Below, one piece after another: positions 7,727 to 25,627 of a stretch of 37,474 bases of DNA (position 1 is its first letter; every line of letters starts with the position of its first letter). The notes beneath the pieces are model-generated. The model was not told the DNA's origin. It was given only the letters and a program-made list of their open reading frames with translations, and did no database searches. Both the position numbers and the translations under genes were made by a program. The stretch comes from Perkinsus olseni (taxonomy: Eukaryota): positions 1 through 37,474 of the forward strand of contig JABANN010000339.1 in assembly GCA_013115125.1 (NCBI GenBank), written 5' to 3'.

Positions 7727-10700
7727 CTATACGAAATCCATAACTTGATTATGGACAGCAGCGGGGATCCCATCCGGCCTCGCGGCCAGAGCTCGTCCAG
7801 GATCCCTAGAAGCACCAGCAGACTTTCTCCCTCTCCGTGATGGCGGGGGCGCCATTTCTGTGTCAGTAACATCGCCAGCAGTCCTTGTACGTACCCGTCC
7901 CGGGTGAAGTGATACGCAATGAGGTTTCCGGATACCGCGTCTGCGAGCGAGTCGACGCCACTTCACAGCATTCCGAGCATGCGAGGCCTCTGGCGGAGGT
8001 CTCCCCTCTATCTCAGTATCACTGTCCTCCACTATGGTCTGATGGTGCAAGCGCTTCTCTGGCAAAACTCGCCGAAGTGCCATGATGAACTCATCGGCCA
8101 GGTCATCGTCCTTGATGCACAAGTCATCCGTAGGGACCCAGTCGGGTATGGGCTGCAGCAAAGACCGCGCCAAAACCTGTGGGCCCGACCCTGCTAGTGA
8201 GACAGCCAGGGTGTCCTCTCGCTTGCTCAACATCTCCGCCGCCTCTAACCTGCGAGGGAGCCTGCCGCATTGGTCTGCATCAGCGACACCGGGGACTCAC
8301 CGCAACTTCTGTACTTCCCTCAACCGTTCCACAGCCTTCCGAAGGACCAGTAACTTTTCAGTGGACGTGGGGCCGGCGCCTTGCGGTACGAGCTCCTGAT
8401 CACAACACCGCGCTGCAACAAAAACGGGTAGAGCATCTTCTACTCTAAGGAAAGCCGAGGCCACATCGGCTGGTGTTTGCAGTTCGATCCACGGCGGCGT
8501 CTCAGGTCTCCGTAGCGTGCCCACTGGGGACGCTGCTGCTGCGGCCGCCTTGGACGTGTGAGACCGTCCTATCCACCCAACGCTGGGTCGTGATGTACCC
8601 AAGAGAGCACTCGGCTTACCGCTGTGCCGTTGACGATGATGGGTGGCCCTGGTCGACATACCGGGCGAGTTGTACTCCTTCATCTCCTTCACGGCCCTCT
8701 GCAGCTCCTTTCGGGTGAATGCACTTTCAATCTCAAGAGCTTGGCGATAGACCTCTGCATCTGGTTGAATTATAAAGCTGCCTGCAACGACCAAGAACGT
8801 CCATCACAGTCGTCAAAGTGCGGCCGGGCTGTTACTATTCGGCGCCATCCTAGCGAACTGGGCCCACGGCACAGCGGAGCCTGGCCTCCATTTCTCTCGG
8901 GGCTCCTCCACTGGCCTGTTGATCAGATCTCGAAGCCTGCCAGCCCCCAGGTTCCTGATTCAACTTCAATTGACCCTGCCCCACCGAGGCGTATCCTACG
9001 CTAGCGCAAAGGCGCGGATCTCTTTTATGTACTCGGCCCGAGTACACCGCTCGCAGCTGCATGAGGTCGTGCATACTGGACAGGTCCAAGCCTTGCCTGA
9101 GGGAACTGTCCTAACCAAAGCTCCTCCCGACGCCCAGAGGACTCACCTTCGACCGGGGCTTGATGGCTATACATAACCAAACACGTGTGGCAAAACCGTC
9201 GGTGGCAGGCGGTCGGGCCGGGTCGTCCTGAAGGCGAGGCTCAGAGCATTCGCAACGATAAGTAGTAGTACCCTCGAAAGCATCGTGAAGGACCCCTGAG
9301 CACACCGCCATCCGTGATCCCTGCCGAGCATCAAGATTGATGAGGCCTGTAGTGGTACTGACGGAAAGAGGGGTAGAAGAGGGTTCTCACTGGTCGGTGG
9401 TAGCCCCAGTGCCTCCTTCCTTGCCGCTTCAGCCGCAGCAGTGGCAACGGCCTTGGCCGACTGCCGACAGATGTGACAGAAAGGGCCTGCACACCACCCG
9501 CTGCACTCGACCACCTCCAAGAAGGTCCTACCGATCTGTGGAAGATCCGGCAGGCCTTCCAGCGTCTCTCCACTATGACTCGGTACACTAATGTCATCCT
9601 CTGCGTCCGCTGAGAGCTCATCGGAGCTCCTCAAGGTCCGGGTGGTCAACGAGAACTGCTGTATATCGTCGAAGCCTGTCATGAATCGTTCTTGCCGATC
9701 GCGAAGGTATCTGCCACGGGGACGGTACAATCGTCACGGCCGCGGATCGCTATCATCCACTACTGTATAACAACATTGCGCTCGATGGCCCTGGCCCGTA
9801 TCTTCGTGCTGCAGTCGTCAAACACCACTATGATTTTGCCTTCATATTTTGGCCACTCCTCGGGCGCTGGGAAGAGCTCCTCCACACTGTCTATCCAATG
9901 GTCGTATCTAGCCATCACCGCAAGGCTCACGACCTCCCTGCAGCAGAAGGGCCGCTTACTCAAGGCGAATGACATGGCTCGCCGCGGCCTCCGAAAGGGT
10001 CCGTATGAACCCGCGGGTCGACTGCCCTCGCTCCTCTTCGGCATCGATGTTCGCCATAATGTTGCGCAAGATGTAACGACCAAGCTCCCGGTTTGCCTGA
10101 AGGAGCCCCGCTTGCGGTCCCCGTCTTCGCCCAAGCACATACTGTACAAGTGGACTTGAGGTCCTCGTACAGCTGCCTAAACGTTGAGTTGGCACCCCGG
10201 CCGGCCTGCCCTCGATGAGAGCCCTTGGACGGCTCTGATTCCAACTGGCAGCGAAAACCTCGCTCGAGCATCCCCGAAACAGTCTGATTGGGCTTACCGA
10301 GTCGCGACTGCGAGAACGAGCCCGTACAGGCTCAGAAAACAGCGTGGGACCTGTTTCGGGAGGCACGTAGGTCGCGCCAAGGGCGAAGGGAGGAACATCA
10401 GCAGGGAAGCTCGAAGAGGACGATGAGGAGGACGCTGATGATGCTGGGAGGAGGGGCGGCCCCTCGGGAGGCAGAGGGGGAGGGGGCTGCAGTAAGCCGC
10501 ATCCATGAGAGGTCATGAACCCTGGCCTGACCAAGGGAATTGAGGTACCCCCAGGGGGTACTCCCAGCTGAAAAGACTACATGAGGGGAGAGTAGGCGAA
10601 GGGGTCAGCAGGTGGTCGTCTGGTCCGCATCGGGCGGTCTGTGGCCCGGACGTCGAAGGTATGGTCAGGGCCAGCCAGCTGGACGCGAGGAAAGCTCTTA

Positions 10701-11540
10701 TTGAGCTCCCTGAGGTCTCTTGGCGGGGATATGCCCAACTTCGAGTAAACCTAGAAGCAGGTGTGGTGACACGAAGGCAGCAGTGCTGCTGCTGCTACTA
10801 CTACTACCCCCAATGCCTGCTGCTTGGGAGCGATAGCGTCCTCAAGGGCCCATTCCCAGCTATAATGCATCTATAAGTCTCAGTATGAACAACAAGGCGA
10901 CAGGCGGGGGTATGCAACGATTACCGTGGTGGATTGAGACATCGCTTGCTCAGCTCTCGCCAGCTCTGGCAAGGGCGGGGCATGGTCGTAGGCCTCGTCC
11001 ATAGGGACTGAGCGAGGGCGACTCCCCGCATCCTTCTGGCTTCCCTCTACTACCATCCTCACTATCATCGCCTTCGACGTCAGCGGGCTGTTGATGGTCC
11101 TCGCCTCTGAGCCATTCTCGCAGTAGCTGTGCCATCCGACGGTCTTGCGGTAGGAACAACAGCTCCAGATACCGCCACATCAGCTCTGGACTGTTCACCT
11201 GGTGCGACCAGCTGGTCCGACCACCAACGATCCCCTCGGGGTGGAATCAGACGCCCAGCCACCCACCCCTCGTTATTACATTCTCAGCCAGAGTATCCAC
11301 TGCCGCTAGGTCCTCCACAGTAACCTCCTCCTCTCCCAAGCATACCGCTCGAGCATCCCTAGCAGGAAGAGGGGGCCCCTTTGAGGCCTTCTTCGCCCCC
11401 GCGGCCGAGGTCGAGCCGGACTGCTGTGAGCCGACAACCTCCGTCCCCCTCGGTGGAAGGCGCAGAAAGCGCTCCAGGCGAGACATCGGGCGCTCGGCCT
11501 GTGTCGGTGGCTGGTGAGAGGAGGGATGGTGACTTGTCAT
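7727..11540 (-). CDS. Unidentified multi-exon protein(s), largely low complexity, with one hydrophobic stretch
   Basis: Chain of minus-strand protein-like ORF segments (7727-8233, 8297-8794, 9167-9730, 9760-10149, 9956-10534, 11247-11540) separated by short GT-AG-like gaps; no family recognised; may be more than one gene. Confidence 0.5.
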
Positions 11541-11666
11541 AGCGGCTCTTGCTCCTTCAAGCTGAGCACAGCAAGGCTTGTCTCATCACTCCCACGCGGT
11601 CCTCTCCCCCTATAGGGCAACACTACACCCCTCAGCAACGACAAGAAGACGAAGGTATCCACACAG

Positions 11667-14600
11667 TCATGCAGCCTTGGACTCTGAGCTGGACTCAGCT
11701 GCCTTTGCCTCGAGGTAGCTGGCGATGTACTCGATGGGGTCGTCCGGGTCCACATCGCAGAGCTCCATCAGCCCCTCCGTGAGATCAGGGACCACATACC
11801 TGTCGATCGAGGCAACAGGGCCGAGAGGGCGTGCCTGCATGCAGCTCTACTCTATAAGGTATTCTCTCAGAGGCTTCTTCTTGAGCTCGGATACCTTGAA
11901 GGCACCTTGAGAGCCCCACAGGGGTGAAGGCAGGCTACCACTACCTCCGCCCTCCACCGGGCAATGGCCGCCTCCCGCTTCACATCGAGGGCAGCACGCT
12001 GGCCGGCCAACTCTGCCTGCTTGGAGCTGCTTCTTCTCACCTCTGCCTGCGAAGCGCTTCACTATAGAACGGGAGTCATTCGACAATCACTTCCTCTGCA
12101 GCTCGGCGACTCTCCTCCTCTCGAGCTAGCACTTGGCGAACCTCATTAGACACCTCTTGCTCGGTGGGCAAGAAGTTGAAGGGTCTCCCTGACTCGAGCC
12201 CCTCCACAGGAACACAGCAGGCCGTCTCACCATGCCTCTCGATGTACATCCGCAAGGCCTCAAAGCGCATAAGCTCCTTTAGAGGGCTGCCAACCGTGGA
12301 CTCGATGACGTCTAATGTAAGTACATCCACCCCGAGGTCCTGTAGTGATCCTAACTGGCTATCACCTGCCTCCTAAGACTACCTGTAGGAGGACGTCGCA
12401 GTCGTCTGCCAGGCCTCGACGGGCAGCTACGCGGTCCTGTTCCTCGCCACCGGCCACCTGATGTGCCGAGTTCAACACAAAGCGCGAGGATAACCCTTGT
12501 ACAGTGAAGTGGATTGCGCTGTGAGGGATGCGGCCTCGGGAGGGCACCGGCCTGGTTCTAACGGGTGGAGACTGCGCCGCCTCTGAGTCCCCCTCAGCAA
12601 CCTCCTGATCAGCGGTAGCAGCACTCAAGTTGTAACTCCATGGAGTGTCCATCCTCAAGGTACTGTACCTCGTCATCAACTTGCTCGTCATCGCCCTTCT
12701 TGTCAGACTCAATAGGGACCTCATCGAAGAAGAAGAGAGGGCGTGCTTCGTCCAATGTCGACGGATACCTGGGCGGAGGCCGCAGGTTCGATCCCCAGCC
12801 GCGCCTTTTACTAACCCGTCCAGAACCCATCCCCGGTATTTGCATTGCTTCCTGTCGATCCCAAACCGCCGCACTGCATCAGCTTTCTCACCCTCGGTCG
12901 CCGGTGCCTTCGCCTCTCCTCCTGACCAACACACTGCGACCCGTGCCGGGAGGAACTCTCCCACCTGCTTGCCCCTTGCTCAGCTCAATCGCAGAGTCCA
13001 GGCTGACCAGCGGTATCTGCCAAGACCGTCACGTTCACTCCTTCCGATACGAGGCGGCTACATTGTAGTGCTCAGCGATTCTCTTGGCGAAGTGGGACTT
13101 CCCACATTTAGGAGCGCCGTAGACCACCACGCGAATCTGAGCATGCCAAGGAACTGCGAAGACTCAGAGTCCTCCTTCTCACGGGCTCAGCCTTGCGAGC
13201 TTTGCAGAACTCGGCGGCTACGTCCTCTACTCGACGAACGAGGCCTTCCCGGCAGTGCCTGTGTGCCCCGCTGGTCAACGGCCATATCCCAGAGGGGCCC
13301 ACCAAGGGAAGTCTGGGTGCCTCAGCAGCTCCGACTGCCGCATTCCCAGATCCAGCGACAACCATGAAGGGCAAGCTTCAACCAAAGATTCCCTAACATG
13401 CGCGACTAGGTACCACGTGCCTCCTGCACGCATGCACAAGCAGGCACGGGAGACGATCGCCCACCTGATCGGTTCGTTGGGCTCGAGACCCAGGATTTCC
13501 TTGGCGACGGCCCGAACGACCTCTTCTTGAGTATCATGGGAGTCATCAACAGCCATGATGTATTTATCTGCCATCGAAGGGATCAGGCGTGATGACGCCC
13601 TACCACTACCCAAGTGGGGGTGCCTAGGGCCCTCCTCCACGACCCCTCCTTGCTCCCCCTCAGTCCCCTCTCCGTCCACTGCGGGAGGCTGAGCCCAGCA
13701 GGGTGAACTCCAATACAGGACGAGTAGGTACTACCTTGAAGGGGTCTTCCATTTCAGCTGCCTCAGCCAAGGCTCGAGCGTACAGAGCCTGCACCACAGT
13801 CGAAGCGACAACAAGGAAGCTCCGAGGAGGTCCACCTCGACGGTCCGGGCAACATCCACTATGTGAACCATCGGTATACGATTTCCCCCAGCCCCGCAGA
13901 TCCGGATTGACTCCTTCCGACCGATCCAGGCCTCCCTAAATGAATCTCGAAAAGATTCAACCGGCATACTGCATTCTTACTTGAACAAGTCATAGAAGAT
14001 CCCCGGGAGCTCCCCACGACCGTAGAGCACCCCATGGCATACAACGTACGAGGTGACCTGAGACCAGCCGCCTCGGCACGGACTGAGGGGAGTCGCTGCA
14101 CACATTCTCCTTATCATTGAGGGCAAGCGCTCTGTCCTCGAGAGCCTTCCACTGGGTCGGGCCACCAGCGGAGGGGCACCGCGCTTCGAAGTGGTCCACA
14201 TTAGTCGGTGATAGCTCTGGAACATGGTGATGGCGAGAAGGAGCTTCCTGGGCACTGTACTACCGCTGCCATCCTCAGTGCTGGTGCCACCCCAGCCCTC
14301 TACACTGCTGAGCATAACAAAAGTGAAGGGCCGGGCGAAGCGATGTTCCTGACACTGTACGTGGGCCTCGGAGACTCTGCCGCAACAGCACCTCCGCCCT
14401 CATGAGGATGTTCTCCACCTCCCAAAGGTCGCACTCGGTCACGCAATACACCGCCATATCACAATCCATCACGGCCTTGGCGAGTATCTTAGGTTGATCA
14501 TGGCAACAAAGAGAAAGCCGGGCCGTACAGCGTCCTACCTTTGGTTTAGTCTTGGGTAGAATCCTTTGACACGCCTTGGGCTTCCCTTCAACCTGACCGG

Positions 14601-14787
14601 GCCAACCTCATCCTACTACCAATGTTGCACCCATAACCCCATTCTCGAGAGGCCCAGGCTCGCCTGCCTCCGTCCCGATGATTCGATTGGGCTCTGCTTC
14701 CTGTTCTTTCGTCTGCCGAGGACGCCTCAGGCTCCTGCAGAGTATCCGCCCCAGTGGGGCATTGACATTATTGATGAAAATGCGCAT
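11667..14787 (-). CDS. AK7: Adenylate kinase 7-like flagellar protein (N-terminal Rossmann-like domain, AK domain, C-terminal Dpy-30 motif), multi-exon
   Basis: ATG 14787 MRIFINNVNAPLGR; YVVCHGVLYGRGE; GAGGNRIPMVHI; P-loop VVVYGAPKCGKS (~13120-13090); CKYRGWVLDG; KKPLREYLIE|YVVPDLTEGLMELCDVDPDDPIEYIASYL; TGA 11667-11669. Confidence 0.88.
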
Positions 14788-15195
14788 CTAAGGTTGAAGC
14801 GTGGCTGGTATCCAGACCTTGATTATTGACTAAAAGCTCATAACTCGACACCCAGAGGTGCAGACAGGATATCAGTCTCTCGACTACAAGGCAATGGTGG
14901 CTATATTATCATTATGATCATCATCATTTTCATCTTCCTCTCCCGATCGGCGGCGGCGTCGTCGGCCCCATCACTACACCTTCCACGCTGGCGGACAATA
15001 TAAGACACAGAAGGAGACTGCCGACGTCTTTGGACGCGGCGGCGGCGGCGATGGCGGCACTACGGCGGCAAGATGAGAATAGCGATAAAAGAATAATACT
15101 ACGTTTCGGACATGTGGCGGTGGTAGAGAAGGGGGGCAGCACCAGCAGCTTCCCACTTGCCGTCCTCTTAGAATGCTGCTCTTTAAGAATGCTAT

Positions 15196-16446
15196 TTACG
15201 TTGCAGTACTACCACCACTAGACTGAGCTGGATGTGATGGCGTCGTCGATAACCCTAGATTGTGATGGTCCTCTCCCGCCACAGGAGCCGCCGGCGCCAC
15301 CGACCCATCAGTACTCGAGATACCATCCCCGCCAGTGGCAGCTGGTATTGAGATCTCCACCCCGTCCTCCTCGCCCCTACCCGCAGAGGCAGCTATAGCG
15401 GCTGCCTGCTGCTGCGTGAACATGAGCTGTTGCAGCACGCTCAGTTGCTGAGCTTGAAGGACCGACATCTGGTGAATGTTGGCGGCCAGCAGGGCCTCGG
15501 TGTCCCTATCACCAGCACCAGGACCGCCCTCCTGTCCAGTAGAGCTGCTCGACCCTTCTCCAGCAGACGATGGGCCCATCTCGAGGACCGAGCTGCCATT
15601 GTCCGTTCCAGGAGGGGCAGGCCAGGCCGCAGCAGCAGCGGCAGCCACAACAGCTGGGTCGGCCTTATCGTCGACAACACCGGGCTGGGAGGCAGCAGCT
15701 GCTCGCTGTAAATCTTCATACTCCTCAGAGTCCCTTATCCTATTTTGTTTCCGCGGCTGCTTCGGTGGCGGAGGGAGCCCCGGCTGTCTGTTCGGACGTT
15801 TCCGCCGCTTCATAGCCCGTACCATCTCGAGTACTTCATGATGAGGTCTCGTATTCTTCAGCATCGTCATGTGCAGCCTGTCGCTAGCTGCCTGCTGTAT
15901 GGTATGCCGGACAGGCCCCTTAAGCTGCTTACGTAGCAACCTGACGCTCGCCACCCACCCGCGGCCTTCACGACACACCCCTCGAGGGAGCACCGAGTCA
16001 TCTTCGGGCCCCAACTGTTGGATCGCGGCCAAGTCATGGATAGCTTGCACGATCTCACCCGGGTTGTCAGCAGTCGCCAGGTAGTCAGCCCAGCCCGGAG
16101 GAAGCCCGGCAGCAGCTGCCATCGCCGCTGGGCTCTCGGGTGACAAATGATGGGTAGTAGCTCCCGGTGGTATCGGAGGCGGCGGCGGGAAGAATCCCGG
16201 ACCGAATCCTGGCGGGATGGGCGGGAAAACCATCGCCGAGGGATCAAAGGCGGCCCAAGGCGGAGGCATCCCATCCCTGCCAGGGAACTCGAAGGCTGGG
16301 ACCATGCCGCTGGCAGCCAGGGCTTCCTGTTGGGCCTGGTAGCCTTGGTCGTCCTCGGGTTGAGGCATGATGGCCGAGGGGTCGAAGACAGCACTGGCCG
16401 CTGCTGCGGCTGATCCGCCATCTTCGGCAACACTTCGTTCAGCCAT
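15196..16446 (-). CDS. Intronless Pro/Ala/Gln-rich protein with a single AP2-like DNA-binding domain; probable transcription factor
   Basis: 423-codon ORF, first ATG 16446 (MAERSV); LPRGVCREGRGWVASVRLLRKQLKGPVRHTIQQAASDR resembles a divergent AP2 fold, followed by NLS-like KRRKRP. Confidence 0.7.
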   Translation of the reverse strand: MAERSVAEDGGSAAAAASAVFDPSAIMPQPEDDQGYQAQQEALAASGMVPAFEFPGRDGMPPPWAAFDPSAMVFPPIPPGFGPGFFPPPPPIPPGATTHHLSPESPAAMAAAAGLPPGWADYLATADNPGEIVQAIHDLAAIQQLGPEDDSVLPRGVCREGRGWVASVRLLRKQLKGPVRHTIQQAASDRLHMTMLKNTRPHHEVLEMVRAMKRRKRPNRQPGLPPPPKQPRKQNRIRDSEEYEDLQRAAAASQPGVVDDKADPAVVAAAAAAAWPAPPGTDNGSSVLEMGPSSAGEGSSSSTGQEGGPGAGDRDTEALLAANIHQMSVLQAQQLSVLQQLMFTQQQAAAIAASAGRGEEDGVEISIPAATGGDGISSTDGSVAPAAPVAGEDHHNLGLSTTPSHPAQSSGGSTAT

Positions 16447-16647
16447 GGTGATTATTGAGGTAACCACAGATGAAGGGTGTCGAAGGGTAATAAGGTGGCA
16501 GAACTAATTTCTGAAGGAGTGGTATGAATATTATTACACAAGCCCAACCAAAGGCAACCAATGCCCAAGAATGGAAGCAGTAGGATAGAAGACTTTATCT
16601 TACAGTATATCACCAGCATCCACAGGGACGTTAAAGGGTGGTACCGC

Positions 16648-17376
16648 TTACACACCGTGGACCTGGAAATTCGAACCATCTTGGAAGCTTCCATGATCGC
16701 AGGAATAGCCTTGCCTTGACGAAGTCCTTCTCAGCGATGCCTTCGTGGACTAAGAAGTCTCCTACTAGTTTCCGCTTATCACCCTGGATCATAATGACCT
16801 TGCCGAACTCCGGGTCCTCAGTGATGCTGCCGTTGCAGTTGAACTCCTACATCGAGGACGCTCTTCCGCGGCGGACCGACCTATTCTGTATCTTACCTTC
16901 TTGAAGTGCTTGAGTATCTTTTTGGAACTGAACTGCTTGGGCAAGCCCTGGATGATGGTCAAACTCTTCCTACCATTCCGTTGCTGATTTCGGATATCTG
17001 GATACACGCAGAGCGTCAACGGATCAGCCCATCGTACGGGGCCTTAGAGGCCCTTATTGAGAGGGCCCCGGCACGCCCCTTCGCCTTACGACCATCACTC
17101 CCGCGCGCCGCGAATTCCACCGTACCAAAACTTCACCCCTTCGACGGAACGAACAGCCCTGTGGTCCGAGTCTATTTCCTACCACTTGACGCCTTTCGAG
17201 CATACCGAACGCGTGCGAAGGTCGCTGTCACCAAGCGGCGGCCATGGCGCCCAGTCCAACGGTTTCAAAGCGACTCTGGCCCGGTCGGTTCCCCCCACAG
17301 GCCCCCTATTACGGATATAGTTCTGCTGGTGGTCATCATCCTGCTGGTCTCCGAATAGCTCCTGGGCGGGGTTCAT
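16648..17376 (-). CDS. SUI1: Translation initiation factor eIF1 (SUI1), 4 exons
   Basis: MNPAQELFGDQQDDDHQQNYI|HIRNQQRNGRKSLTIIQGLPKQFSSKKILKHFKK|EFNCNGSITEDPEFGKVIMIQGDKRK...FVK|VHGV*. Confidence 0.95.
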
Positions 17377-17633
17377 TTGCTACGATGGTACAAGACAGAG
17401 GACAATGAAGGAGCTCCTTAACCAGGCGTCGTTCGCGTGCGTGCAAAATGCACGAAGACAGCAGCGGAGCGAAGCGTTGCGCGTTTGCTCATTTTCATCT
17501 TTTATCGTCTAATCTTGCGCCGTAGCACTATGAAAGCCTCTTGAAGGCATGGCGCCTGCGAACATCGTTCTCTTGCCCTGACGTGGCACGGAGGATGTCG
17601 TTAAATGCCCACGCTCCGCCTCAGCCTTTATGG

Positions 17634-24393
<6,760 letters not shown>

Positions 24394-24655
24394 TTGCTTC
24401 TGTTTTGTCAAAGCCTCCGAGCGCATACTTAGCACCGGTGGCCAGCATCGATTTTTTAAGTTGATTTATCATCATCGTACCATCACGATCGTTTCGCATG
24501 TGGCAAGCTTTCTCTGTGACCTGAGTTGCAGTATGGGAAAGAACGTCATCGCCCCCATCATCCAAAAGGCGAAGACTTGGAGCGTATAAATTTTCTTTCA
24601 CGAGTGGAAGTTAGTCATGACCATTTCGATCGGGCAGAGGTTGTTGTTTTCTAGC

Positions 24656-25411
24656 ATGAACAGCGAGGAGGAGATCGAACTATTCGAGTACTCTCGAAGG
24701 GGTAACTACGATGAGGTGCATCGGCTGCTGGTCGTCGACAAGTCAGTAAAGCCCGACGACTACGAGGCCTACGATGGCAGCACGCCCTTCCTCATGGCCT
24801 GTCGGAACGGTCATGCTGATATCGCCAGGTGAGGCCACAGGCAGGCACTTCCATCACTCCCAGTCCACAGGTTACTCTTGGAGCATGGAGCCAACATCGA
24901 TGCTAGAACTGAGGATCTGTCTAACTGTCTGGTAATCTACTTGAGAGGGATGGCGATGGTGTGTGCGAATTCGAAGTCCAACGCCTACGACAGTACGGCT
25001 TAGACTAGCACCACCGACGTGCAGGCTGGTTAGTTTAGCCTGTTGAATGGGCTCTGTTCATCAACTGAGTGGCGATGATGAGGAGTGCTGCAGATACTAG
25101 CGAGTGCCGGCCGGTCCCCGGACACTGTGAAGCTTCTGTTGGAGAAGGGGGTGAATGTTAATTACGCTAATGAGGACGGTGAGTTCATTATGTCCCTGCG
25201 GATTTTATGCTACCGGCACAGGTGTAACCGCTTTGGAGCTCGCCAAGGAGCATAATAGGAAGGAGGTCGCCAATCTCCTCCGAGGTACTCATGGTGGGAT
25301 ACTCGCTCCGCTACCGTCGCAGCAGGTGCCGGCGCGACCGAGCCCGATAATAACCGAGAACTGCCCCCCGCCAAACCGAGTGAGAGGTGGCAGTATGGCG
25401 CCTTTGAGTGA
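24656..25411 (+). CDS. Small ankyrin-repeat protein, 5 exons
   Basis: DGSTPFLMACRNGHADIAR|LLLEHGANIDAR..|..VKLLLEKGVNVNYANED|GVTALELAKEHNRKEVANLLR|GAGA..AFE*. Confidence 0.9.
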
Positions 25412-25627
25412 GGCCTGCTTCATTCGAGTTCCTTGTTTCACAACATTCTTAGGGTTTCGCGTTGAACAAGGTTAAATACCGATACGGACGGTCGCGTCGC
25501 TCCGCTACATACCGTGAGAATCCGTGACGGGAGTGAGTTCCAGCCACGTCCCCACATGCCTGACATGGTACTACTACTATGGTATACTGAAACACAATGG
25601 CTGCTCCCACCGCGGTACCGGAGAATA

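Noticed and set aside
12645-13367. 240-aa plus-strand ORF, and similar antisense ORFs over PNO and the AP2-like gene
   Set aside because: Antisense shadows of GC-rich coding regions with no recognisable motifs.
14655-14670. Possible GC donor in AK7 intron 1
   Set aside because: The frame stays open to a GT donor slightly downstream that splices in frame.
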